Sequence record: OR892555.1
Origin: Escherichia phage EP1
DNA: 64,000 bases
Reading direction: 5' to 3' (one strand)
Made by a program: the position numbers and the translations under genes. Positions 48,941 to 58,146 of the stretch are shown here, in pieces. The notes below the pieces were generated by a model. The model made no database searches and had not been told where the DNA came from. It saw nothing but the letters and a program-made list of their open reading frames with translations. Position 1 is the first letter of the stretch, and every line of letters starts with the position of its first letter.

Positions 48941-50356
48941 TTACCAGATGTAACGGTCAATCATTACTGCTTTGAGCATTACGCTGATTGGGTCAAACTT
49001 CTCACCACCAAGCAGAGCCTTTAAAGTGGCTGGAGAGAAACCTGATACCATCGCTACTCCGTTATCATTTACGGATACTTCGCAGTGACCATTACGGTTT
49101 GCTAAGTACCAGAATACCAGTTGTGGCATCTCATATCCAGCTTTTTCATACTTACTACGAATTACTTCGAAGTTTGTACGACCATTTGCCCCGTCAACCT
49201 GATTAAACTCCATATCAGAGAAGATAATAAGCTTACTTGGCATTGCTGCCTGAGTCAAGTTATTTCTTACACCAATTTCAAGAATACGGTCAAATGCTGC
49301 TTGTAGGTTTGTAGAACCATACTCAACATGACTCATAATCTGACGATGACGATTCTGTAAAGTGCCACTCAGGGTGATAAAGTGAGGTCTGTCTGAGTAA
49401 ATCATTAACTCGTCTTTAAAACAACCTGTATTGCGTTCTGAGACGTATAACGCCAGAGACACACCAATATCAAGAGCGGTTACTGAACCAAATGTTTCCC
49501 AAGTCATAGAGCATGATACATCTGTCATACAAAGGATGTTTTCACCATCAGCCATCCAGTTTGGTAGTGCTTTCCACTGTTCATTAGCAACTTGTGCTTT
49601 ACCACGCTGAACAGATTTAAGAACATCATAAGGGTATACAGCACCAGCATTAATCTTCGTCTCGCCCTTAGATAGAGCTTCAACGTAAGCTGCATAACGT
49701 TCACCATCTTTCTTACTGAACAGTTTTTGATAACGTGCAGCAGCCAGTGAAGGAATCTTACTGTAGTCAATCTCGCCAAAGTTATTTGTAGAGATTTTCT
49801 GTTCAACGGTGTCAGATAAAGCTGACAGCAGTGTACGGTACTCTTTCTCACTCAAGTTTGCAAATTTACAGAAACGTTTTACAAACTGCTTGTGGCGTGG
49901 TTTTACTCGTGGTAACCACTTAGCTGCTAAACATGCTGTATCAGGGTCTAACAAAGCTTCTTCTAAATGCTTGAAAGCATCTGTCTCATAACGAGTACCT
50001 ACGAAGATTTTGAAGTCATCGAAACGACCTAATTCAGAAATCTTATCCATGATACGAAGAACTTGGAAAGAATCCAGAATGTTATCTTCGATTGCTTGTA
50101 AGAGGACAGTTCGGAAAGCTTTACGCTCACCCATACCTTCTCGTACATCTCGCATATGCAGTAAAATACGAACTGCTACATCAACATCCTCACGCAAAGC
50201 TTTGTAGAACAAGTCTGGGAGAATCTCTACATTGTTACGGCTTGAACCAGCAGCTTTGTAGAAGTCTACCAAGGCAGACATTGATGATGTATGGTTAACA
50301 GCACCATTTTCAGTTCGCCCTGCATTGAGGTGCGAATGCTTAAATAAATCGCTCAT
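48941..50356 (-). CDS. Ro60-like protein: helical TROVE-like N-terminal region plus C-terminal vWA domain with MIDAS motif
   Basis: C-terminal MTDVSCSMTWE (DxSxS) ... GSTNLQAAF ... LVFWYLANRNGHCEVSVNDNGVAMVSGFS parallels the Ro60 vWA domain; 471 aa; directly upstream of the tRNA array on the same strand. Confidence 0.6.
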   Translation of the reverse strand: MSDLFKHSHLNAGRTENGAVNHTSSMSALVDFYKAAGSSRNNVEILPDLFYKALREDVDVAVRILLHMRDVREGMGERKAFRTVLLQAIEDNILDSFQVLRIMDKISELGRFDDFKIFVGTRYETDAFKHLEEALLDPDTACLAAKWLPRVKPRHKQFVKRFCKFANLSEKEYRTLLSALSDTVEQKISTNNFGEIDYSKIPSLAAARYQKLFSKKDGERYAAYVEALSKGETKINAGAVYPYDVLKSVQRGKAQVANEQWKALPNWMADGENILCMTDVSCSMTWETFGSVTALDIGVSLALYVSERNTGCFKDELMIYSDRPHFITLSGTLQNRHRQIMSHVEYGSTNLQAAFDRILEIGVRNNLTQAAMPSKLIIFSDMEFNQVDGANGRTNFEVIRSKYEKAGYEMPQLVFWYLANRNGHCEVSVNDNGVAMVSGFSPATLKALLGGEKFDPISVMLKAVMIDRYIW

Positions 50357-50436
50357 ATTTTACTCTCTTCTCTCTTTTGTTGTTTGATGTGACAGACTTT
50401 AGAACATCTTCGTAGAGCCTGTCAACATCTTTTAAA

Positions 50437-50808
50437 TTATTTTTTCAGAGCCGCTACAGCAGAGAACGTTGGCTTGTTCTCTTGTGGCTTATCTCCACCT
50501 TTCTCACCCTCTTTCTTAGTATCTGCTGCAATAGCTTTCATCTCACCTGCTGAGTGAGTCATGATAGTTTTGCCAGCTTCCATCATTGACTTCAGGTTTA
50601 CATCATCAGCCGTCAAACCAAACTCTGCAAGTTTTACAGGGTCTCTGGTAACAATTGCCTCAAACAACTTTGCAGCATACTCTGCTGAGTTGTCAATGGT
50701 TAATTGGGCTTTTACAAGAGAACTTTTGTTACGTGAGCCTTTTGGTCTTCCAGATGGGTTACCGGACTGGCCTTTCTTGAATTGGCCTTTGTTTGTACGT
50801 TTTGTCAT
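50437..50808 (-). CDS. hypothetical protein with N-terminal GNPSGRPKG motif (123 aa)
   Basis: ORF track; Gly/Pro/Lys-rich N-terminus. Confidence 0.4.
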   Translation of the reverse strand: MTKRTNKGQFKKGQSGNPSGRPKGSRNKSSLVKAQLTIDNSAEYAAKLFEAIVTRDPVKLAEFGLTADDVNLKSMMEAGKTIMTHSAGEMKAIAADTKKEGEKGGDKPQENKPTFSAVAALKK

Positions 50809-50937
50809 TCAGTCTCCTTCTAAGACTTCTTAAAAGGCTTTTAAGATAAGAGATAGATATCCAGAAAGATATCTGTTTAAATAGCCTTTTTAGAAGAGTC
50901 TTTTAAGTAATCTTCTAAGTGTTTTATTAGGCTACAG

Positions 50938-50958
50938 CTTGTCAAGTCATTTGTCAAC
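50938..50958 (+). promoter_or_regulatory. conserved 21-bp element CTTGTCAAGTCATTTGTCAAC (second copy)
   Basis: 18/21 identity with 9313-9333; in the divergent intergenic region. Confidence 0.4.
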
Positions 50959-50981
50959 AACTTTTTCAGTTGCAATAGTTC

Positions 50982-51010
50982 TTGACTTGTTGTATGGATT
51001 ACTGTACCAT
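50982..51010 (+). promoter_or_regulatory. sigma70-like promoter candidate
   Basis: TTGACT (50982-50987), 17-nt spacer, TACCAT (51005-51010). Confidence 0.35.
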
Positions 51011-51198
51011 CTTACTTAAAGCTGTAGGTCTGCCTTTATCTACAAAGGAGACTTAATGAGAAAATCTAATAAACCGAAGAAAGGTAATAATACCAATCAC
51101 TGTAAGGAATCAAAAAGGGTAGAATCAATCTACTATTCGTCCTCTGAAATTGGTCTGTACCTGTTCTTTCAAAATTACAGAAGACAAGAGGATTATTT

Positions 51199-51432
51199 AT
51201 GTGTAGTTCACAATTAGAAATCACAGATATTATTGAGTTGTATCAGACTGCAAAGAATCATGGCTATATAACTTCTATTGGGAAGAATAGTCACTATGAT
51301 GCTCTAACTGGAATGTATTTCAGGGCTGTAGCTCAATCTAGTGAACAGCATTTAATGGTTTCTTCCAGTGAGTTTGCTTCGTTTCTCTATTGCAGCAAAA
51401 TTATAAATCGTAGGAGAACTGATAAATGTTAA
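51199..51432 (+). CDS. hypothetical protein (77 aa)
   Basis: ORF track; GAGGA RBS. Confidence 0.3.
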   Translation: MCSSQLEITDIIELYQTAKNHGYITSIGKNSHYDALTGMYFRAVAQSSEQHLMVSSSEFASFLYCSKIINRRRTDKC

Positions 51433-52016
51433 CCGTAAGTTTTAATTATAATAGTGATGGTTCTGTATCCGTCACTTCACCTTATGCAAATGACCTCTTA
51501 AAAGAGTTGGTTAATCAGTGTGGAAGAGGTATGCACTACGTACCTGACACTTTTAAACAGAAGACAATTGCAAATAACCTGATGCGTGTGACAGTAAGCA
51601 ATACAAACCCGTCATATGACTTGAGCGAAGAATCTCCATATTCACTTATGGCTCTTGGTGAAGACAGCAAATTTAAGCTTGTTTGCCATGATTCTGAGAC
51701 TTTCCTTAAGGTATTCTCAAACCTCATCCACAATTCTAAATATTCATACGTAGATGGCTCTGTGTCATTCTACCCAGCAAACTACACATGTGTTCTTGTG
51801 GACAATATGAGAAGTGGTGAACTAATCCCTACAGATATCTCGTTTGATGTGAACACTACACCAGACGCAACTCCAAGAAATGACTTCGACATGGATTATG
51901 CACTTGCTTTGAGTAAGAAATCTGAGTTCATTGAGTATGTCAATGGATTCGGCTTTAAGTTTGATGAGACTATGAATCTCAAAAAGCTTAAAAACCTGCT
52001 TAAGACTAAAGCTTAA
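51426..52016 (+). CDS. hypothetical protein (196 aa)
   Basis: ORF track; followed by terminator. Confidence 0.4.
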   Translation: MLTVSFNYNSDGSVSVTSPYANDLLKELVNQCGRGMHYVPDTFKQKTIANNLMRVTVSNTNPSYDLSEESPYSLMALGEDSKFKLVCHDSETFLKVFSNLIHNSKYSYVDGSVSFYPANYTCVLVDNMRSGELIPTDISFDVNTTPDATPRNDFDMDYALALSKKSEFIEYVNGFGFKFDETMNLKKLKNLLKTKA

Positions 52017-52021
52017 GCACT

Positions 52022-52041
52022 TCGGGGCGAAAGCCCCTTTT
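52022..52041 (+). terminator. rho-independent terminator
   Basis: GGGGC-gaaa-GCCCC hairpin followed by TTTTT. Confidence 0.6.
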
Positions 52042-52061
52042 TAATTATTTAAGGATAGATA

Positions 52062-52436
52062 ATGAAGGCGAAGAGTGGAAAAGACTTTTACTGCTTCCTA
52101 CAATCCTATGTACAAACAATTGAAGAAGGTGAGAGATATAATCTTGAAGATGTTCTCCCAACTCCTTTGACGTGGCATACTAGTAAATGGCCTGAAACGG
52201 ATATCCAACCAACCACTGCAACCTTCAAATACACCCCTAAAATTGACCTACCAGATTCTGAAGGATTACTCTACCCAATGTTTCACATTGTCGGTCTAGG
52301 TACTTTCCTTATGGATATTCAGTATGTAATGGGTAAGGGATATAAAATTGAAGGTGTAGTTCTTGGTGATGTTTCTCCGCAACACAAAGGCTACTTCAGA
52401 TTAAATGCAAGATTAGAGGCTAATAAAAATGATTAA
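52062..52436 (+). CDS. hypothetical protein, paralog of the N-terminal domain of the next gene
   Basis: SKWPETDI, FLMDIQYVM and LNARLE align with SPWPEADI, FFMDLQYAI and LNAKLK in the 52429 product. Confidence 0.45.
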   Translation: MKAKSGKDFYCFLQSYVQTIEEGERYNLEDVLPTPLTWHTSKWPETDIQPTTATFKYTPKIDLPDSEGLLYPMFHIVGLGTFLMDIQYVMGKGYKIEGVVLGDVSPQHKGYFRLNARLEANKND

Positions 52437-53313
52437 GGCAAAAACATACCCAGATTTTAAAGAGTTCGTCAAAGGTTTTATTGCGAACGTTAAGGCTGGT
52501 AAAAGATATGACTTCAGAACATATCAGGAAGCTATTCTCCCACTAACTTACAGTTCACCTTGGCCTGAAGCAGACATTGCAGAGTCGACCAACTTCACTT
52601 ACGAGCCAGCCTACACAGTGCCATTCAGTCAAGAACTTCTTTACAGCATCGGTGCTCAAATGAGAACTTCTGATTTCTTTATGGATTTGCAGTATGCAAT
52701 CATTAATGGTAAGGATGTTGACACGGTTTACTGTGAATGGCTTGCAAGAGTCAAACCCTTCTCAATGCTTAACGCAAAACTGAAAGATGCTGTAGTTCCT
52801 CCAGTAATCACTACACAGCCAACTAACCAGACTATTAATGAGGGTGACACGTTGACTCTGAGTATCGTTGCAACTGGTGCTACAGGCCATCAGTGGAAGA
52901 AAGGTGCAAGTAACATCTCCGGTGCAACATCTGCAACCTACACAAAATCAAACGTAGTCCCTGCTGATGCTGGTTCTTACACTTGCGTAGTAACTGGAGA
53001 GGGTGGTGTAACGGTAACGTCAAACGCTGCAACTGTGACGGTGAATGCTTTACCCGTAATCACTACGCAGCCACAAAACGTTGAAATCACTGAAGGTGAA
53101 ACTCTTGAGTTGAGCATCGTGGCTACTGGAGCAACTGGTTACCAGTGGAAGAAAGGTGCTGACAACATCTCTGGAGCAACTTCAGCAACTTACACAAAAG
53201 AGAATGCAACAACTGCTGACGATGCCGGAACGTACACTTGTGTAGTTACTGGTGCAGGTGGTTCTGTGACTTCTAACGCAGCTACTGTTGTGGTTAACGA
53301 AGTAGGAGGTTAA
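52429..53313 (+). CDS. protein with two tandem Ig-like domains (Hoc-like surface/decoration candidate)
   Basis: C-terminal duplicated about 85-aa unit ITTQP.N..I.EG.TL.LSIVATGATG.QWKKGA.NISGATSATYTK...AG.YTCVVTG. Confidence 0.55.
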   Translation: MIKAKTYPDFKEFVKGFIANVKAGKRYDFRTYQEAILPLTYSSPWPEADIAESTNFTYEPAYTVPFSQELLYSIGAQMRTSDFFMDLQYAIINGKDVDTVYCEWLARVKPFSMLNAKLKDAVVPPVITTQPTNQTINEGDTLTLSIVATGATGHQWKKGASNISGATSATYTKSNVVPADAGSYTCVVTGEGGVTVTSNAATVTVNALPVITTQPQNVEITEGETLELSIVATGATGYQWKKGADNISGATSATYTKENATTADDAGTYTCVVTGAGGSVTSNAATVVVNEVGG

Positions 53314-53315
53314 TA

Positions 53316-53780
53316 ATGCGACTCTCTGATAAGGGGCTTGCAGCAATTAAGTTCTTTGAAGGGCTTCGTCTAGAAGCCTATAAAGACTCTGCTGGAATCC
53401 CAACAATCGGGTACGGTACAATTCGTATTGGTGGTAAACCTGTTACGATGGGTATGAAGATTACTGCTGCACAAGCTGAACAGTATCTGCTTGCAGATGT
53501 TGAAAGCTATGTTGGTGCAGTGAACAAAGCTATCAAGGTTCCAACTTCTCAAAATGAGTTTGATGCTCTCGTTGTAGAAACTTACAACATCGGTATCACA
53601 GCTATGAGAGATTCCACTTTCATCAAGCGTCACAATGCTGGTAACAAAGCTGGCTGTGCTGAAGCTATGCAGTGGTGGAACAAGGTAACGGTCAATGGTA
53701 AGAAAGAAGTTTCTAAGGGTCTGCAAAACAGACGTCGCTTAGAAGCTAAAATTTATCTTGACGCTGTTTATCCTAAATAG
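53316..53780 (+). CDS. endolysin, GH24 lysozyme family (T4 e / P22 gp19-like)
   Basis: N-terminal FEGLRLEAYKDSAGIPTIGYGT catalytic motif region; 154 aa. Confidence 0.75.
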   Translation: MRLSDKGLAAIKFFEGLRLEAYKDSAGIPTIGYGTIRIGGKPVTMGMKITAAQAEQYLLADVESYVGAVNKAIKVPTSQNEFDALVVETYNIGITAMRDSTFIKRHNAGNKAGCAEAMQWWNKVTVNGKKEVSKGLQNRRRLEAKIYLDAVYPK

Positions 53781-53788
53781 TAGATTTA

Positions 53789-53813
53789 GAGGCTCCTTCG
53801 GGAGCCTTTTTTA
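53789..53813 (+). terminator. rho-independent terminator after endolysin
   Basis: GGCTCC-ttcg-GGAGCC hairpin followed by TTTTTT. Confidence 0.6.
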
Positions 53814-53818
53814 TTTCT

Positions 53819-54229
53819 ATGGAGAAAACTATGAAGATTTGGGCTAGTGATGTTGGAACTTTCAAATACACCCGTAGTGGTATGAAGGTTCGTATCAGTG
53901 GGAGTAAGATTGTGACCTTGGGAGATAAGGTTTACAGCAAGTTTATTGTTGAGGTGATTGAGCGTTCGCCTATCACAATTGCTAACAACGCTTTCTATGT
54001 AGGTAGCATGTACAACGTGGATGGTGAAGGTATGTTCAGTCCACTTGGTGAGAATGGTTTAGATATTATTTCAGAACACCCCTTGACAAGAGAGCAGCTT
54101 TCCGGTTACTATAAAAGCCTACTTGAGAAGCAGAAAGCTTTGCATAAAGGTGAGGCTAACTACCACAACAACCAGTGCATCAAGCTTCTGGACAAGATTG
54201 AAAAAGCTGAGAGAGGTTATTATGAATAA
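53819..54229 (+). CDS. hypothetical protein
   Basis: ORF track. Confidence 0.4.
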   Translation: MEKTMKIWASDVGTFKYTRSGMKVRISGSKIVTLGDKVYSKFIVEVIERSPITIANNAFYVGSMYNVDGEGMFSPLGENGLDIISEHPLTREQLSGYYKSLLEKQKALHKGEANYHNNQCIKLLDKIEKAERGYYE

Positions 54230-54611
54230 AGAGATTCCTGTAAAAGTTGATACTTCACGTCATGGTAATGACACACGAAATCTTGCAGATGCTGTAATAT
54301 ATCAATATCAAGGAAATCTGCGTCTACGTTTTAGAGCATCTGGAAGCATTCTTTCACACACTCGTGATGATGAAGATGGTTGTCCAGTATTTGGTTGGTA
54401 TTGCACAGACTTCCCTCTGTATGCAATCCATTACCCAGACGGTCAGGAAGATTGGACTACACAATCTATCTTTGATGAACTGAATGGCATTCCTGTAGAG
54501 ACAGAAGTTGAGAAGGAGCCTGTAGAACTAACCTTCACTTTCGTTACTGAAGAGAAAGTTGGTGACATTTCTGTTACAGAAGCTATTCAGGTTACACAGG
54601 TAATTCGCTAA
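54222..54611 (+). CDS. hypothetical protein
   Basis: Start trimmed to MNKEIPV after GAGAGG RBS. Confidence 0.4.
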   Translation: MNKEIPVKVDTSRHGNDTRNLADAVIYQYQGNLRLRFRASGSILSHTRDDEDGCPVFGWYCTDFPLYAIHYPDGQEDWTTQSIFDELNGIPVETEVEKEPVELTFTFVTEEKVGDISVTEAIQVTQVIR

Positions 54612-54904
54612 TGAGTCGTTTACAGGTTGTCTTTCCGATTTGTGACTTTGTTCTTGAACGAGAGTTCGACCTGTACGAAGAAATAACCGATGACATGACT
54701 TGGAGTGTCGTTGAAGAGGCTATAAAGAAACTTTATGGTGGCCTCTTAAACCCCGCCAACAAGAAACTCACCACTAAGCAGGTGTCTGAACCGTACACTA
54801 CGTATGATGCCTCAAAGACACCTTTTGAGAACACCTGCTTTGAGTTACTTATTGGTGGCAACAAGGTTAACTATTTCTTCGTCAGGGAATACCGTGATGA
54901 CTAA
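54611..54904 (+). CDS. hypothetical protein (97 aa)
   Basis: ORF track. Confidence 0.4.
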   Translation: MSRLQVVFPICDFVLEREFDLYEEITDDMTWSVVEEAIKKLYGGLLNPANKKLTTKQVSEPYTTYDASKTPFENTCFELLIGGNKVNYFFVREYRDD

Positions 54905-55241
54905 GTTACACGTTGTTGTTTACAAGAGCTTTGCGGATATGCAGAATGCTTTGACTTCACAAGTTGATAAGCACCGTTCAAGGCTCTTTATCATGTGTGA
55001 TTTAGGAGATTACCAGCAACCTAAAGAGTTTAAATACAAAGATGGTGTCAGAGTCTTACAGTTTGAGGATAGCGTAACAGTTTTCGTCAAGCATGACCTT
55101 CCAGCAAAACACATAGGTATGTTTGAGTACTACATTTACCGCCATACAAATATGCGTGGTGATGATATCAAGATTTCTTCTTTAGAGGTCTTTGAAACTC
55201 CTAACACACAACTTAAAAAATATTTAGTGAGGAAACTATAA
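54897..55241 (+). CDS. hypothetical protein
   Basis: Start trimmed to MTKLHVV. Confidence 0.35.
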   Translation: MTKLHVVVYKSFADMQNALTSQVDKHRSRLFIMCDLGDYQQPKEFKYKDGVRVLQFEDSVTVFVKHDLPAKHIGMFEYYIYRHTNMRGDDIKISSLEVFETPNTQLKKYLVRKL

Positions 55242-55831
55242 TGTCTGAAGAAGTAAAGCCAGAGAATCAAGAAGAATTTATGCCACGAGTTACCCTTGTG
55301 CAACATTTTGGTAACATTGAAGGTATTCTTGCAGCATTCCAACCAACTGTTAACTCACCTGCAAAGGTTTGTACAGTGACTATGAACGTTAACAACATAT
55401 CTGCGTGTGTTATCGAAGAAGTTCAGTACTTCAAGTATAACGACAAAGAAGTTGATGCAGCACTTTTGAAGTATCGTGCAACTCTTGACAAGGATATTAA
55501 CCACCGTGACGTAGTTTCACTGTTTGGTGACTTGCATAAGCTGCTTGAAAAGGTTCTTAAGCGTACATACTACATGAATAGTGGTGCAATCATTACTACG
55601 TACATTTCACCTTGCATTACTGAACCAGTTCTGACAGATGATGCACAGTTCTACGTGACCGCTGCTTCTAGTCCTGATTGGTGGATGAAAAACAATGCTC
55701 TGAAGACTGTTGTTGAAGCTATCCGTGAACATATTCCTGGGTTTAGCCCTTGGCGTGGTGCTAAAGATGACTTCATCTCCATGCTTGAGAATGAACGAAA
55801 CAGACGTAGTGCATTACTGCCTAAAAAATAA
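55241..55831 (+). CDS. hypothetical protein (196 aa)
   Basis: ORF track. Confidence 0.4.
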   Translation: MSEEVKPENQEEFMPRVTLVQHFGNIEGILAAFQPTVNSPAKVCTVTMNVNNISACVIEEVQYFKYNDKEVDAALLKYRATLDKDINHRDVVSLFGDLHKLLEKVLKRTYYMNSGAIITTYISPCITEPVLTDDAQFYVTAASSPDWWMKNNALKTVVEAIREHIPGFSPWRGAKDDFISMLENERNRRSALLPKK

Positions 55832-55833
55832 GC

Positions 55834-55863
55834 TTGACAGCAGTATACATGTTTTTATATGAT
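55834..55863 (+). promoter_or_regulatory. sigma70-like promoter
   Basis: TTGACA (55834-55839), 18-nt spacer, TATGAT (55858-55863). Confidence 0.45.
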
Positions 55864-55890
55864 GGGGCTACTTAAGGGTAGTCCCTTTTT
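55864..55890 (+). terminator. terminator-like hairpin immediately after the promoter
   Basis: GGGGCTAC-ttaag-GGTAGTCCC followed by TTTTT. Confidence 0.4.
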
Positions 55891-55909
55891 CATATGCGAG
55901 GAAAGTAAA

Positions 55910-56602
55910 ATGAAAGTACAAAAAGGTGATGTAATAGCTATTCGCGTCCTTCATGGTCTAGCAACAAAACATGACACAGTTTATGCTGACGTAACATTTG
56001 TATCAGGTAATGGAAGAGTATACTTCAAACCAAGAGCTAATATGCGTTTTCTTGTTGACCGTCGCGGAAAGGTTGAGAATGGAATCTACGCTGGTCAAGT
56101 GTACTCAACCGATGAGTTTGGCAAAGGCATATTCACAGGTACTTGGCGAGGTATTTTAACACTTGGGCTATGTACAAGTATGAAATCTGAAGAAGCTGAA
56201 GAAGTATGTGAAGAAACCTTTGAAGCACCTGTCATTAATGCTGAAGACCTCCCTAAACATGACTATGGTGCAGCACGTTTCACAACTAAGGCAGATGCTA
56301 ATGGGGCAGCTTCAGTAGTTGTCGACAAAGCCCAAGACTTCTTCAAAGCTTTCTCTTCAAGTAACCAACATCATCACCACTTCAATCCTCAAACAAAACT
56401 TGATTCAGTGTTAACTAGTAAATGTGAAGATGCTAAGAAGTTGGCTAAAGAGGTTTATGAAGCTTCTTTTACAGCAAGTGAAGTGATTGAAGAGAATCAG
56501 TTTGAAAAGGTCATTCGTACAATGATGAAGGCTGGTTTAACACCTTATCAGATTGCTGAAGAGATTCAACGTCAGTTCTACAACGCTATGGTGAACGAAT
56601 GA
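55910..56602 (+). CDS. hypothetical protein
   Basis: Start trimmed to MKVQKGD (RBS GAGGAAAG) so it follows the hairpin. Confidence 0.4.
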   Translation: MKVQKGDVIAIRVLHGLATKHDTVYADVTFVSGNGRVYFKPRANMRFLVDRRGKVENGIYAGQVYSTDEFGKGIFTGTWRGILTLGLCTSMKSEEAEEVCEETFEAPVINAEDLPKHDYGAARFTTKADANGAASVVVDKAQDFFKAFSSSNQHHHHFNPQTKLDSVLTSKCEDAKKLAKEVYEASFTASEVIEENQFEKVIRTMMKAGLTPYQIAEEIQRQFYNAMVNE

Positions 56603-56820
56603 AAAAATTTACAACACTTGGTGAGTACTGGATGCTTGCTGCTACAGAATCATACAGGAAAGCCAAAAAGACTAAACAGTGCTATGGTAAGAAAGCTGAA
56701 GGTGATATTCTGTACTGCACAGTGTATGATGGAATGCCTCATGTTACACCAAGAGGTAAAGCTTTCAAACGTCTGATGGATATTGAGTGGAATGCTCGTT
56801 TAGAGAGGGTAGCAAAATGA
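56599..56820 (+). CDS. hypothetical protein (73 aa)
   Basis: ORF track; ATGA overlaps on both sides. Confidence 0.35.
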   Translation: MKKFTTLGEYWMLAATESYRKAKKTKQCYGKKAEGDILYCTVYDGMPHVTPRGKAFKRLMDIEWNARLERVAK

Positions 56821-57323
56821 TTTATGAAGATAGCCGTGATGTAATTTCTTATCAGAAATCTCAACACCATGTCTCTATCAAGATTGTCAAACCTGATGGT
56901 GAAGAAGGTGTTATCTCTCACTTTGGAGGCGACAATTGGTTTGGCACAGGGTGCTTTGAAGGTTACAGTAAAGAATACCTGAAAGCATTCTACCGAGACT
57001 TTAGCAGTGACTACAATGAACTGATTGATGTGAAGAATAAGTGTACAGCCAGTGAGTACAAAGTCAGGGGTTGGGCTGGAATGATTCTGATGCTTGGTAT
57101 TTTCCTTCTGATGATTTGTGCAATCTCCTTCATGGGCTTCTACACCCAAGATTTAACACTGAATCAGACCGAAAAGAAAATAGGTGAAATTTGGTTCTTG
57201 TATGTCCTTCCAATTGCTGGTATGATTTCTGCCTATTGGAGAATGAAGGTTCATAAGAAACGACTTGTGGACGCTGAGAATAAATTTGAAGAGGTAAGTA
57301 AAGAATGCAACCTAAGATTTTAG
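56817..57323 (+). CDS. membrane protein (two predicted TM helices)
   Basis: Start trimmed to MIYEDS; hydrophobic segments WAGMILMLGIFLLMICAISFMGFY and IWFLYVLPIAGMISAYW. Confidence 0.4.
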   Translation: MIYEDSRDVISYQKSQHHVSIKIVKPDGEEGVISHFGGDNWFGTGCFEGYSKEYLKAFYRDFSSDYNELIDVKNKCTASEYKVRGWAGMILMLGIFLLMICAISFMGFYTQDLTLNQTEKKIGEIWFLYVLPIAGMISAYWRMKVHKKRLVDAENKFEEVSKECNLRF

Positions 57324-57397
57324 CTGTATGTATCCGCTATGCAATTGCTGATATGATTAATCAGGCAATCCTGAAAGATGCTTATAAGGAGTGATAA

Positions 57398-57625
57398 ATG
57401 ATTAAGACACCTATCCAGCCATTCGGCTTTAGCTCTCTGAACGAACTGAAAGAGCACCTTGACAAGAACTACTACAACGAACAACCTGTAACGGTTCTTA
57501 AAGCTGACCTTTCAAAACTTCTGGACATTGCTATTGAAGCTACTGTAGAATCAAAACCAGAAGTTGAGAAGAAAGCTGAAAAGAAAACGAAGAAGACTGA
57601 GAAGAAATCTGAGGATTCTGAGTAA
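57398..57625 (+). CDS. hypothetical Lys/Glu-rich protein (75 aa)
   Basis: ORF track. Confidence 0.35.
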   Translation: MIKTPIQPFGFSSLNELKEHLDKNYYNEQPVTVLKADLSKLLDIAIEATVESKPEVEKKAEKKTKKTEKKSEDSE

Positions 57626-57678
57626 AATCTTGAAGGGGTTACTTGATAGCCCCTCTTAACCAAACAAGGTAGCAAAAA

Positions 57679-58146
57679 ATGAAACTTAAAGAAATCGTTC
57701 GTAAAGCAATGCTGGACAACTCCACTAAAGATGAGATGTACAAAGAAATCTGTGATAAGTTGAACTGTTCAAGACATGCTGCCAAGGTTCTTGTCGCAAG
57801 TTTTATATGGGAGTGTTCAGAGGCTTATATGAACTATACAGCTTTTGAGAGTTCTCACTTGATAGGCGACATAAAGGTTGGTACAGAGTTCAAAGAGCCT
57901 GAAATGAAACCTTCAGTGAAAGTAGGTAACCTTTATCAGATTAAAGATTTCCAGACTGCACAGATTGTTGCAAAAGGTGAAGTAGAAGCTGTGTACAATG
58001 ATGGTACATACCTCATTAAAATCTTTGAGTATGCTAAGTCATATGCTCACCTTTGTGGAATAAGATTTCTTGTGACGAAAGAAGATTTAGTTATGTCATC
58101 TGGTGATAAAGCTTATGCTGTACCACATTATGAAATTGTACGATGA
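57679..58146 (+). CDS. hypothetical protein (155 aa)
   Basis: ORF track. Confidence 0.4.
   Translation: MKLKEIVRKAMLDNSTKDEMYKEICDKLNCSRHAAKVLVASFIWECSEAYMNYTAFESSHLIGDIKVGTEFKEPEMKPSVKVGNLYQIKDFQTAQIVAKGEVEAVYNDGTYLIKIFEYAKSYAHLCGIRFLVTKEDLVMSSGDKAYAVPHYEIVR

Noticed and set aside
51056-51217. 53-aa plus-strand ORF with strong AAGGAG RBS upstream of the 51199 gene
   Set aside because: Plausible small gene, but below the ORF-track threshold and overlapping the next ORF start in another frame; too uncertain to call without expression data.
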